Origin: an uncultured Bacteroidia bacterium
Lineage (GTDB): Bacteria > Bacteroidota > Bacteroidia > Bacteroidales > UBA932
Assembly: GCA_902787255.1 (NCBI GenBank)
Contig: CADAFY010000001.1
Coordinates: 22,852 to 61,221 of the forward strand
DNA: 38,370 nt
Reading direction: 5' to 3'
Position numbers and translations under genes: made by a program. The notes under the pieces were generated by a model. The model was not told the DNA's origin. It saw only the letters and a list, made by a program, of their open reading frames with translations, and did not search any database. Shown here piece after piece: positions 9,839 to 18,753 of the stretch (its first letter is position 1; every line of letters starts with the position of its first letter).

Positions 9839-10795
9839 ATGAAAAAATTCTTCATCCTCTTTGTTATCTCCGCTTTCTGGGGTCTGACGCTCCGGGCGGA
9901 AATAGAGCCGAGCGGCACCTATCTCTTTGCCCAGAAGGACGGACAAGACCTTTTTCTCGACATTTATGAGCCCTTGGACAGCGCGGCCAGAATGGTGCAG
10001 TTGGACAGCGTAACGACGGTCGAAAAACCGACCATCCTGTTCGTGTTCGGCGGCGGTTTCAAGATGGGAAACCGCGATGCCGCGGCCTACAAGCCCTGGT
10101 TTGAGAACCTGCGCAACGACGGCTACCGCATCGTGTCCATCGATTATAGGCTGGGATTAAAAGAGGTGAAGAAAATGGGGATTTCCCAGCGCGACCTGCT
10201 GGACAAGGCGATTCATATGGCCGTTGAAGACCTCTTCAGCAGCATCCTTTTCCTGCGGGAAAACGCGGAAGAGCTGGGCGTTGACACCGACAACATCGTC
10301 CTGGCCGGTTCCTCTGCCGGAGCCATCACCGTCCTGCAGGCCGACTACGAATGCGCCAACCGCACCGACTGCGCTCGCGTCCTGCCCGAAGACTTCCGCT
10401 TTGCCGGCGTGATGTCCTTCGCCGGCGCCATCTACTCCACCAACGGCCCCGTGAAATATGGCTCTTGCGGACCAGCCCCTACCCTCCTGTTGCACGGCAC
10501 CGCCGACAAATTGGTCAATTACGACCAAATCGTCTTTTTCAACATCGGCTGGTTCGGCTCCAACCGCCTGGCAGAACGCTTCGGCAAGTTAGGCTACCCC
10601 TACACCTTCCTCCGTTTCAAAGACCACGGTCACGAAATCGCGATGGCCATGCCCTACACTGTAGAAGTACAAAAGGAATTCATCCTCACCTGCGTCCTCA
10701 AGAAAGTCGCCCGCACCCTCGACATCCTCATCGACGACCCCCGCATCGAAGCCCCCGAAATCTGGAAAAAAGGCCCCGAAGAACTCTACAAATAA
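9839..10795 (+). CDS. Secreted alpha/beta-hydrolase (carboxylesterase/lipase-like)
   Basis: Signal peptide; LDIYEP, FGGGF oxyanion loop, SIDYRL, GSSAG nucleophile elbow, HGTADKLV and HGHE as candidate Ser-Asp-His triad. Confidence 0.88.
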   Translation: MKKFFILFVISAFWGLTLRAEIEPSGTYLFAQKDGQDLFLDIYEPLDSAARMVQLDSVTTVEKPTILFVFGGGFKMGNRDAAAYKPWFENLRNDGYRIVSIDYRLGLKEVKKMGISQRDLLDKAIHMAVEDLFSSILFLRENAEELGVDTDNIVLAGSSAGAITVLQADYECANRTDCARVLPEDFRFAGVMSFAGAIYSTNGPVKYGSCGPAPTLLLHGTADKLVNYDQIVFFNIGWFGSNRLAERFGKLGYPYTFLRFKDHGHEIAMAMPYTVEVQKEFILTCVLKKVARTLDILIDDPRIEAPEIWKKGPEELYK

Positions 10796-10816
10796 CACCG
10801 CGGGGAGCCGCACAAC

Positions 10817-10844
10817 AAAAAAGCCCCTCCGAGGGGCTTTTCTT
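10817..10844. terminator. Bidirectional intrinsic terminator between convergent genes
   Basis: AAAAAAGCCCCTCCGAGGGGCTTTTCTT: a GC stem flanked by A and T tracts. Confidence 0.85.
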
Positions 10845-10910
10845 ATGATTGTACGCAATCGCATTGAAGGTCGTGCGATAACGGACTCCCGGTAAAACCG
10901 ATGCGTTGCT

Positions 10911-13900
10911 TTAGAAGATAAACACGGCGGAGACGGAGAGTTCGTTGGGGGCGACGAACCACTTGGAACTCTTGTTGGTCGGGGTCAGGAAGCGAGAATC
11001 CTCGTAGTTCGTGAAGGTCTTGTGACCGGCCCAGCCGCTGATACCAAAGTCGAGGTTGAACCACTTCGTAATCAGCACGGAATAACCGAAGCCCAGGCTC
11101 GCACCCACGGCCGTACCCTCTTCAGGCGTCTTGAACCAAGGAAGTCCGCCCGTACGGTAATTCTTGAACTGGGCATCCGCTCCAATCCACCAACCGGCGA
11201 AGGAATACCAAGGCCACCAGCGACCACCGATGGCGAAGCCACGCTGATTCTCCTGGAACTGACCCACCACATTCTTGTTCAAGGTCCAAGGATTGTACTT
11301 GATCTTTCCTTCCACTGTCCAGTGACGGGCCACCTCATACTGCGCCTCGATGTTGATGGTACCGAGATTCAGCCAGGAAAGCAGGTTGGTCGCCAAAGCG
11401 AAACTGCGGTAATCCTTCTCGAAATGTTCTTTCTTGCCATCAGGCTTGTATTCGGTCGCCTTCTTCCAGTTCTTGCCGCCGAAGTTATAGGAAACACCGG
11501 CGTTGATGCTGGAAGCGAACGCAAAGCCTTCCCGCTTGCCGAGCGTGTTGCTCTTGAGGCAGTAGAGACGACCGTCCGCAAAGAGACCGAATTCCTCGTC
11601 AATGTGATAGTTCACAAACAAACCGGCACCGCCCGTCAGGCCGTTGGCAAACTTGCCGCCCGTCTTCTTGTTGGTACGGATGAAACCGCTGTGCGCATAA
11701 GGAATCAAATCCCACTTGCGCTCCGGATTGGGTCCCATAAAGGTATTGAACATATCCCACATCAAGTCGGCGTGCAGATAACCGAAGGACAAGACGCTCT
11801 GGAACATATTGTTGTTCTGAACCGGCTCCACGACTGTGCTGGCACCGTCACGGGGAACATCCAGCCACTCAGAGAAGGAACCCGCCTGATAGCCGATACG
11901 ACCGCCGAAATCAGGAGAGAACCACTTACCGAAGGTAAACTCGGCATTCGTCGTAGGAGAAGTATTGGCGCCGTTGCTCTGACCACCCTCCGCAGCCATC
12001 GTGAGACCACCGGATAACCCGATGAACCAGCCCTCGCGGAAGTTCTTGATGACATATTGATTCTCGGTGCCCTCGGTATAGGACTGCCAGTAGTTCTTGT
12101 TGAGATCGTAAGTGAGACCGGCAAACAAGGAAGTAATGACGGGCATCACCCCTTCCTGACGGACAAAGCGGGAACTCATCGTCGTGAAACGAAGGTCAGC
12201 AAAGACTTTGAGATTGTCGACGATACGGATATTGTTCAACAAGCCGACACCATAGGCAAACTCACGCTTGAAACTGCCGCCCTTGGTATAGAAGTTCTGG
12301 GCAAAACCGAAATGACTGTAAGGAACGACACTCCAGATACGGTCGCGTTTGTAGCCGCCGATCGTGTTGGTCGCCTCCCACATAAAGTCGGAGTGCAGGT
12401 AGTAGAAACGGGAGTTATACTTGTAATCCCCAAACTGGTCGGGACCGGTCGTAATGCCCTGACGGGCCTGCTTGACGGTCTCGGTCAGGCTGGCGCCCAT
12501 CACACCGATACGGTTTCCAAAGTACGGGGTGTACCATTTACCGAAGTTGATGTCAAAGCCGAAGGAGGCCCCAATCTCGGACTGGCTCTTCAACTCGCCC
12601 AACATATTGGTACCGATAGCCGCCGTAACGAAAATATTGTCGAAAAGACGGTTGGCCAGGAACGGAGGAAGACCCGTCTCACGCTTGGTGGAAGTTCCGG
12701 CACTCAACTTGCCCGTACGGTCGAGCGTGTTGAGACGATTGGCGGTACGGAAACCGCTCGTACCGATGTTATAACTGAAACCAGCCAGCAACGAAGCGCC
12801 AAAGGCCTTGTCATTGTTTTTACCGACCGACTCACCCTTCAAAGAGTAGAGACGCAAGTCGGCATACGCCACCCAGCGGTTGGAAAGGTTGAAATTGTTG
12901 AGGAGACCGACACCGGCCGTATACTCGCGCTGACGGTTTCCGCCGAAATAAGTAGTGAACTGACCCGTATGGACATAAGGAATCAGGTCGTAAACGCGAT
13001 ATTCGTCATAACCGAGAATCGTCGTGAGCATACTCCAGAGGATGTCTGCGTGGACATAGCCGAACTGGTAGGCGTTGGCAAACATCGCCTTGCCGCCGTA
13101 ATTTCCGGCCGTCGTGGGCATTCCCCGGCGAGGGGACAAAGTCCAGTCTTTCATCGTACCTCTCTGATATCCGATACGACCGGCGAATTGCGGGGAAAGC
13201 CACTTGCCGATGGTAATGTCACCCGTCCAGCCGGCATCGCCGGTAAACCCGTTCTGGCCACCTTCTTCCAGCAGTGTCACACCGCCGGCAAGACTCAAGA
13301 ACCAGTTGTCCTTGAATTCATTGAGCGCATAGGCGTAACTGTTGGGCACATCCTTGTAGGAAGACCAGTAGTTCTTGCCGATATCATAGGAAACGCCGGC
13401 CAGCGCCGTCACCATCGCACCATTCGCGCCGTTCGAACGGAGAAGACGCTTGCGAATCAAGTTGGCACGGACATCGATATAGGCATTCAGACGGTCAGAC
13501 AAGCGGAAGGTGTTGATGAGACCATAGCCCAGAGAGTATTCCTGTTTGTAGGCCTGGCCCGTCTTGTAGAAACCCTGGATGAAGCCGAACTGGTAGTAAG
13601 GAATAATGTTCCAGATACGGTTGTAATCGTACGGGGTAAAGGTATTGTTGAGATTCCACAGGAAATCCTGGTGAACATAGAAATATCGGTTCTCGAAACG
13701 ATAACGGTCTTCCTTGGCCCATTGAACCACATCCTCCGCCAGGCGGAAACGAGGCTCACGCAAGTGCTCGACCATAGAAGCCCCCTGCACGCCCAGACGG
13801 ATACCGAACTGGGGAGAGAACCATTTGCCGAAATTGACATCGATGGCGGGAGCGAAACCGGCCGTACTGATCTGGCGTTCAAACAACATATTGACACCGC

Positions 13901-16604
13901 CGCCGACACTGATAAATACATTCTCCCAAAGTTTGTTGTCCAAATAAGGAGAAGGTCCCGTAACGATATTCGACTTGAGAGGCTCGTTGTACCCGTTCTT
14001 GCGATACTGCCAGGCGGGAGTCCAGTTGCCCACGCCTCCGATATTATAGGTCAGACCGGCCAGCACCGTACCTTTGTAGCCGAAACTGTTGCTGCGACCG
14101 AGCAGGTTGGCATTCAACACCGTCGCCCGCAAATCGAGGTACGCACCCAACTCCGGAGTAATACGAAGGGTGTTGATGAGACCGAAACCGGCCGCAAAAC
14201 CATCGCGGTACAACTTACCTTGCGTCGTATTGACATTGTAGAATCCCGTATGATAATAAGGAATCAAAGACCAGATGCGGTTGTAATGGCGCGGGTACAA
14301 CAAATTGGTCAAATCCCACAGGATATCCGCGTGAAAATAATCATATTTTGCGTTCAACTGGTAGCCTTGTATGCCACGCAGCGTTGCGGGAGTCGCCGCC
14401 AAAAGCGGACGCGGCGCGTCCAGCCACTCCTTGAGGCTGCCGCCTTGATAACCCAGACGGACACCAAAGTCGGGAGAGAACCATTTCCCCAGGGAGATTT
14501 CGAACGCCGGCGCAGCCATCAAGTTCAGGCCCTGGGTATATCCCTCTTCGAAAAGGACATTGACACCACCGCCGATCTGGACGAAGATGTTGTCTTTCCA
14601 ACGACCGAACACAGGGGCCGTAACGGCTGTCGTGTCTGAATAACTCTTGAAGTAGTTAGTCTTGGTCAAATCGATGGTTGCACCCACCATCGCATTGAGG
14701 GCGATATCGGATCCGCCATATTCGCGGCGGCGCGTAATCGTGTTGTCGATGAAGGTGGAACGAAGGTCCACATACAGGCTCGTTCTCCTCCCGACGCGGA
14801 AACTGTTGATGAGACCGAAGCCCATCACATAGGAGCGCTTGTAGGATTGATAATTGCGCGGCAGATAAGAACGCATCACGCCCATATGGGTGTACGGAAT
14901 CAAACTCCACACGCGATAGCGGTCGTAGCGGAAGGTCTGGGTCGCATCCCAAAGGAAATCCGCGTGCACATATCCGTAATTGAAAGAGTTGATGTAATAG
15001 GTCTTGCCGTTTTTGTCTTCCACAAATTCTACATCCAGGCTTTGGCGCGGATCCAGGGAACGAAGTTTGTGACGGTAGCCCTGGTAACCCAGACGGATAG
15101 CCGTCCAAGGAGTGAACCACTTACCGACAGAAATATCCAGCGAAGGCGTGACGCCCGCGGCGCCGAGGTTGCTCTTCGGCTCCCATAACAGGCTGCCGCC
15201 CGCACCGAAGGAAATGAACCAATTGTTCTTCATCGCAGACACCACATAGGGCGAAGGACCGGTCGGCTGCTTGTCTTCATACAAGAACTCGAAAGAAGAA
15301 GACTCCGGGAAGTCGCGGCGGCCGATATTGTAGGCCAGACCGGCGAACGCAGTGCCTTGGAAAGCAAAACCGCGATCGTTTCCGAGCATCTCGCCCTTGG
15401 ACGCCAGCGCGCGGAGGTCAACCAAGAGGTCGAGTTTGTCAATCAGACGGAAATTGGCGAGAATACCGCCACCGCCGCCCATACCGTTGATGTCGGTGCC
15501 CGTCCCGTTCGGACGAGTGTTCATATAACCCAGATGAATATACGGCGAAATACCGAAGGGCCGTTTGCCGGAGGCGATGAACGAATTGACTACATCCCAC
15601 AACAGTTCGGCGTGGAGATAACTGTAGTCCATTTTGTTGAGATACATCGCCTTTCCCTGGTGCATACCGGGGATGTTGGACATACCCGGGCGGGGAGATG
15701 CCAGCCACTCGGACAGCACGCCGCCGGAGTAACCGATACGACCGCCGAAATACGGGGAGAACCACTTGCCGAGGGAAATATCGAAGGAGCCGGTCGCATT
15801 GCCGTTGAAACGGATGCCCTGGCCGCTTTCAGACACCGTGGACACACCGCCCATCACGGCGACAAACATATTCTCGAAGAAAGAATTGTGCACCAGCGAA
15901 CGGTCATTGGGACGCCCCACATCCGTTGTCCACCAACTCTTGCCTATATTGTAAGTTAAACCGGCATTAACCGTCGATTGCAAGGCGCCGCCGGAATAAG
16001 GACGACGGACATTGCGTCCGTTCACGAAAGTGGTGCGCAAGTCGATATAGAGACTGACCGCATCGCTGACCCGGAAATTATTGAGAATACCCAGACCGGC
16101 AGCATACTCGTGCTTTACCCCTTTTTTGTCAAAATCAAAGGTCCGGAACACGCCCATATGCACATAAGGAACGAACTCATAAACACGGTCACGGGAATAT
16201 CCGGCTACCGTATTGGAGAAATTCCAGAGGAAATCATTGTGAGCATAATAATAACGCGCAGACAGTTCATTGGTTTCCATTCCCCGGAAAATAACGGGAA
16301 CGGTCAGGCGATGACGGGGTTCCTTGACATATTCGGAGAGCGCACCGCCGTGAACAGCGAGCCGAAAACCGAATTCCGGAGAAAACCATTTACCGAAACC
16401 GAACTCGACATCCCCTTTCACCTTGCCGTTGAAGAAAGGTTGATTGTCCTCCGTCAGTATCGTAGCACCCCCGCCGGCCGTAATAAAGAAGTTATCCCAT
16501 ACGGAATTTATCTTGTACTTCTTTTCCTGCGCACCGGCAAGTGTGGCAGAAAGGAGGAAAGTCCCCGCCAAAAGAACAACTGATATATGTCTGAATAGTT
16601 TCAT
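10911..16604 (-). CDS. Giant multi-beta-barrel outer-membrane protein: 8 tandem OmpA-like barrel repeats plus a C-terminal DUF3575-like domain
   Basis: 1897 aa with signal peptide. Eight copies of N.F....GG...GKW[FLY][ST]P.FG.R.G...Y.H.D.LW...PY.H.G...G.G..N...Y.DLR...AG..Y. C-terminal FALATNLLSWLNLGTINIEAQY...YNPW resembles DUF3575. Terminal Phe (…SAVFIF) fits a BAM signal. Confidence 0.85.
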   Translation of the reverse strand: MKLFRHISVVLLAGTFLLSATLAGAQEKKYKINSVWDNFFITAGGGATILTEDNQPFFNGKVKGDVEFGFGKWFSPEFGFRLAVHGGALSEYVKEPRHRLTVPVIFRGMETNELSARYYYAHNDFLWNFSNTVAGYSRDRVYEFVPYVHMGVFRTFDFDKKGVKHEYAAGLGILNNFRVSDAVSLYIDLRTTFVNGRNVRRPYSGGALQSTVNAGLTYNIGKSWWTTDVGRPNDRSLVHNSFFENMFVAVMGGVSTVSESGQGIRFNGNATGSFDISLGKWFSPYFGGRIGYSGGVLSEWLASPRPGMSNIPGMHQGKAMYLNKMDYSYLHAELLWDVVNSFIASGKRPFGISPYIHLGYMNTRPNGTGTDINGMGGGGGILANFRLIDKLDLLVDLRALASKGEMLGNDRGFAFQGTAFAGLAYNIGRRDFPESSSFEFLYEDKQPTGPSPYVVSAMKNNWFISFGAGGSLLWEPKSNLGAAGVTPSLDISVGKWFTPWTAIRLGYQGYRHKLRSLDPRQSLDVEFVEDKNGKTYYINSFNYGYVHADFLWDATQTFRYDRYRVWSLIPYTHMGVMRSYLPRNYQSYKRSYVMGFGLINSFRVGRRTSLYVDLRSTFIDNTITRRREYGGSDIALNAMVGATIDLTKTNYFKSYSDTTAVTAPVFGRWKDNIFVQIGGGVNVLFEEGYTQGLNLMAAPAFEISLGKWFSPDFGVRLGYQGGSLKEWLDAPRPLLAATPATLRGIQGYQLNAKYDYFHADILWDLTNLLYPRHYNRIWSLIPYYHTGFYNVNTTQGKLYRDGFAAGFGLINTLRITPELGAYLDLRATVLNANLLGRSNSFGYKGTVLAGLTYNIGGVGNWTPAWQYRKNGYNEPLKSNIVTGPSPYLDNKLWENVFISVGGGVNMLFERQISTAGFAPAIDVNFGKWFSPQFGIRLGVQGASMVEHLREPRFRLAEDVVQWAKEDRYRFENRYFYVHQDFLWNLNNTFTPYDYNRIWNIIPYYQFGFIQGFYKTGQAYKQEYSLGYGLINTFRLSDRLNAYIDVRANLIRKRLLRSNGANGAMVTALAGVSYDIGKNYWSSYKDVPNSYAYALNEFKDNWFLSLAGGVTLLEEGGQNGFTGDAGWTGDITIGKWLSPQFAGRIGYQRGTMKDWTLSPRRGMPTTAGNYGGKAMFANAYQFGYVHADILWSMLTTILGYDEYRVYDLIPYVHTGQFTTYFGGNRQREYTAGVGLLNNFNLSNRWVAYADLRLYSLKGESVGKNNDKAFGASLLAGFSYNIGTSGFRTANRLNTLDRTGKLSAGTSTKRETGLPPFLANRLFDNIFVTAAIGTNMLGELKSQSEIGASFGFDINFGKWYTPYFGNRIGVMGASLTETVKQARQGITTGPDQFGDYKYNSRFYYLHSDFMWEATNTIGGYKRDRIWSVVPYSHFGFAQNFYTKGGSFKREFAYGVGLLNNIRIVDNLKVFADLRFTTMSSRFVRQEGVMPVITSLFAGLTYDLNKNYWQSYTEGTENQYVIKNFREGWFIGLSGGLTMAAEGGQSNGANTSPTTNAEFTFGKWFSPDFGGRIGYQAGSFSEWLDVPRDGASTVVEPVQNNNMFQSVLSFGYLHADLMWDMFNTFMGPNPERKWDLIPYAHSGFIRTNKKTGGKFANGLTGGAGLFVNYHIDEEFGLFADGRLYCLKSNTLGKREGFAFASSINAGVSYNFGGKNWKKATEYKPDGKKEHFEKDYRSFALATNLLSWLNLGTINIEAQYEVARHWTVEGKIKYNPWTLNKNVVGQFQENQRGFAIGGRWWPWYSFAGWWIGADAQFKNYRTGGLPWFKTPEEGTAVGASLGFGYSVLITKWFNLDFGISGWAGHKTFTNYEDSRFLTPTNKSSKWFVAPNELSVSAVFIF
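11440..16500 (-). repeat. Eight diverged ~204-222-codon intragenic tandem repeats (boundaries approximate)
   Basis: GKW codons begin (minus strand) at 16394, 15770, 15125, 14489, 13829, 13208, 12542 and 11930; spacings are 624, 645, 636, 660, 621, 666 and 612 nt. Confidence 0.9.
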
Positions 16605-16619
16605 CTTGGGCTTATTCTT

Positions 16620-18626
16620 TTAAAAGTCGAACTCATCGTCCGGTTGGGCATTCAAGCCGTAAGTTTTTATTAAAATGGAAATCTCCGGATCCAAGTTACC
16701 TCTATTCTTGTAGGTCGCATCCTGACGGCAGGCATCCAAATAACACTGAACGGCGTTCTTGTTGTCGCCTTGGCGGGAATAGACCAGCGCGAGCAGGTAG
16801 TTGACCTCCGCCGTCCGCTTCATCGTCTCCAAAATACCCAGCGCGCTCAAGTTGCGGTCCAGCGCAACATAACAGACGGCCAGGTTGTAATCATCCGGAT
16901 AATTGCGAAGTATCTCGATGGCATTGTCATAGTCGCGGTCTTTGAGGTATTCCAGACCCTTCTTGTAAATCGTATCCAACTCGGTTGTGACAACCGTATC
17001 TTTGACCATACCTTTGCGATGCAGGTGGAAATTGAAGTTCACCGTACGGAGTTTGGGATAGAGATTTTCCTTTACATAATTATAATAAGGCTGCCCCTTG
17101 AGTCTCATTTCGCGGGCGTCGGGATTCTCTACAGGCAGAACCTCGTCGGCATACGCCTGCTTGTTGGCATCTGTGAGAACCGAATCTTTCAGAATCAACT
17201 CATTGAGCAACGGCCAGTTCTCCGCCCTGGAGCGGGAGCGGAAGCGAATCTTCATAATCGCCCGGTCTTTATGAATGTTGCCGAATTCATCGACGGAGAA
17301 GCCCCGGTTCGCATTGAGAGAATCCACCACGTGGTTCATATAACCGTCAAAGTAGGTGGAGACGGACTGAGAACGCTTGCGGGAAAGCATATCATTCGCC
17401 TGATGGCTGCCCTCCGGCGAGCAATGCGCCGTCACGACCACGCTGTCCAAGTCGAAATCCTGGCTCTGCAAGATATTATGAATCGTCTTGCGAATCTGTT
17501 TGATTTCGGTGGCGTTTTCATTCAAAGCGGGATCCACCTCATAGCGGCCGACCTTGAAGTCGATGTTGAAAGAGGTGTTGGCTTCGGCGCGACGATAAAC
17601 CACACGATGGAGATAACGATCCTGCTGCTTGTAGAGTTGGGCGGCAGAACTAATGTTATATTCCAACGAGTCGGTACGAGGCACGCGGTAGATGCGCTTG
17701 CCGTTGTTGTCGTAAATGTTGCCGGCCACATAAATCAGCGCTTTTTTTTTTTTTTTGCGAGTGGAAATGGTCTCCACATACCCGCAGACGAAATTGCCGT
17801 CCTCACTGCGAATCACGGAGTCAATCCGGATACCGGTGCGGTCATTGGGGTCTTTCATCACGCCCGCTTTCTGTTTCTTCTTGCGAAGGCCCTTGAGCGC
17901 GCAATGGTTGCTATAGTGGTCAATCGCCTCCTGGTCGGTCACGGAATACCAGTTTTCCAACTCTTCCACCACCTTGGAGGAATCCGCCTTGGAATAGACA
18001 TAGGAAGTGTCGTATTTGAGGCTGTAAATCTCAGGCATATTGCGTTCGACAAACACCTCCAGCGTATGTCCGCCGCGGTATTTACCGGAATCGGCGATTT
18101 CCTTCATCAACTGCTCATAGAGCTGATAACCCCGCAACTGGCGGATGTGGAAAACCTCGCCCGTGATGACGATTTTCTCCAGATAAGAAGAATCAAGAAC
18201 AGCGCCGTTGTCGGCAATCAGGTACAACTCGGGGGTAAGATGCATCTGCCATTGGTTGTCCAACATAACGGCGGGCACCACCACCTCAAAGCCCAAATCA
18301 ATTTTACCGCGGCGCTCAGCCACCCTTTTGAAGCGGACCGTAATGGTCGCCGCATCCAGCACTTCCGTCGCCACCATCTCACCCGTCTCGTCGTCCAAAA
18401 TGGCGTTCATCAACACCATATCATTACCTTCCTCGTCCTTGACGACAATGGTTTCAGGGCGCTTAACTGTATCTATTTCAGTGGGTTTTACATTTTCTTC
18501 GCTAGGCAGTCGCAGTTCAACTTCGTCTGTCCGCCCGGCCAATTTGGCGGCCTTATTGGAGGTGCTGCAAGCGAAGAACACCCCGAATAAAACTGCTGCA
18601 AGGCCTATGTAAGCAATACGTTTCAC
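16620..18626 (-). CDS. Lipoprotein with OmpA-C-like domain and C-terminal TPRs (resembles DUF3868/OmpA-type partners of DUF3575)
   Basis: Probable GTG start at 18626 (MKRIAYIGLAAVLFGVFFAC, lipobox); the ORF track extends to a TTG at 18650. FNIDFKVGRYEVDP...SVVVTAHCSPEGSHQANDMLSRKRSQSV is OmpA-C-like, with TPR-like helices at the C-terminus. Ends 15 nt upstream of the multi-barrel gene. Confidence 0.75.
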   Translation of the reverse strand: MKRIAYIGLAAVLFGVFFACSTSNKAAKLAGRTDEVELRLPSEENVKPTEIDTVKRPETIVVKDEEGNDMVLMNAILDDETGEMVATEVLDAATITVRFKRVAERRGKIDLGFEVVVPAVMLDNQWQMHLTPELYLIADNGAVLDSSYLEKIVITGEVFHIRQLRGYQLYEQLMKEIADSGKYRGGHTLEVFVERNMPEIYSLKYDTSYVYSKADSSKVVEELENWYSVTDQEAIDHYSNHCALKGLRKKKQKAGVMKDPNDRTGIRIDSVIRSEDGNFVCGYVETISTRKKKKKALIYVAGNIYDNNGKRIYRVPRTDSLEYNISSAAQLYKQQDRYLHRVVYRRAEANTSFNIDFKVGRYEVDPALNENATEIKQIRKTIHNILQSQDFDLDSVVVTAHCSPEGSHQANDMLSRKRSQSVSTYFDGYMNHVVDSLNANRGFSVDEFGNIHKDRAIMKIRFRSRSRAENWPLLNELILKDSVLTDANKQAYADEVLPVENPDAREMRLKGQPYYNYVKENLYPKLRTVNFNFHLHRKGMVKDTVVTTELDTIYKKGLEYLKDRDYDNAIEILRNYPDDYNLAVCYVALDRNLSALGILETMKRTAEVNYLLALVYSRQGDNKNAVQCYLDACRQDATYKNRGNLDPEISILIKTYGLNAQPDDEFDF
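17742..17756 (-). repeat. A15 homopolymer inside the lipoprotein CDS (five AAA Lys codons)
   Basis: Plus strand shows T15 at 17742-17756; the coding strand reads ACT CGC AAA AAA AAA AAA AAA GCG. Confidence 0.95.
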
Positions 18627-18654
18627 GATTTGAGCCAATTTTACATACAACTTG

Positions 18655-18732
18655 CAAAGTTAAGAAGAAAAAAGCAAAACACAAAAAAACCGCACTTTTT
18701 TTAGATTTTTCGACGAATTTTTCATATTTTTG
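18655..18732. promoter_or_regulatory. Divergent -7 elements: TAACTTTG (minus, 18655-18662) for the lipoprotein/multi-barrel operon and TATTTTTG (plus, 18725-18732) for the 83-aa gene
   Basis: TAnnTTTG matches in the AT-rich spacer. The position of the minus-strand element favours the GTG start at 18626. Confidence 0.55.
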
Positions 18733-18753
18733 TAAACGAAAAACGCGTTTATT

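Noticed and set aside
11440-16500. CRISPR array or DNA-level tandem repeat/shufflon in the giant ORF
   Set aside because: Similarity is at the protein level with ~630-nt periodicity and only short DNA identities; no spacers, invertible repeats, recombinase or cas genes seen.
17327-17336. Other CACGTG-centred sequences (e.g. ACCACGTGGT here, and near 1889, 19534, 20710, 38042) as parS
   Set aside because: They lack the flanking GTT...AAC arms of parS.
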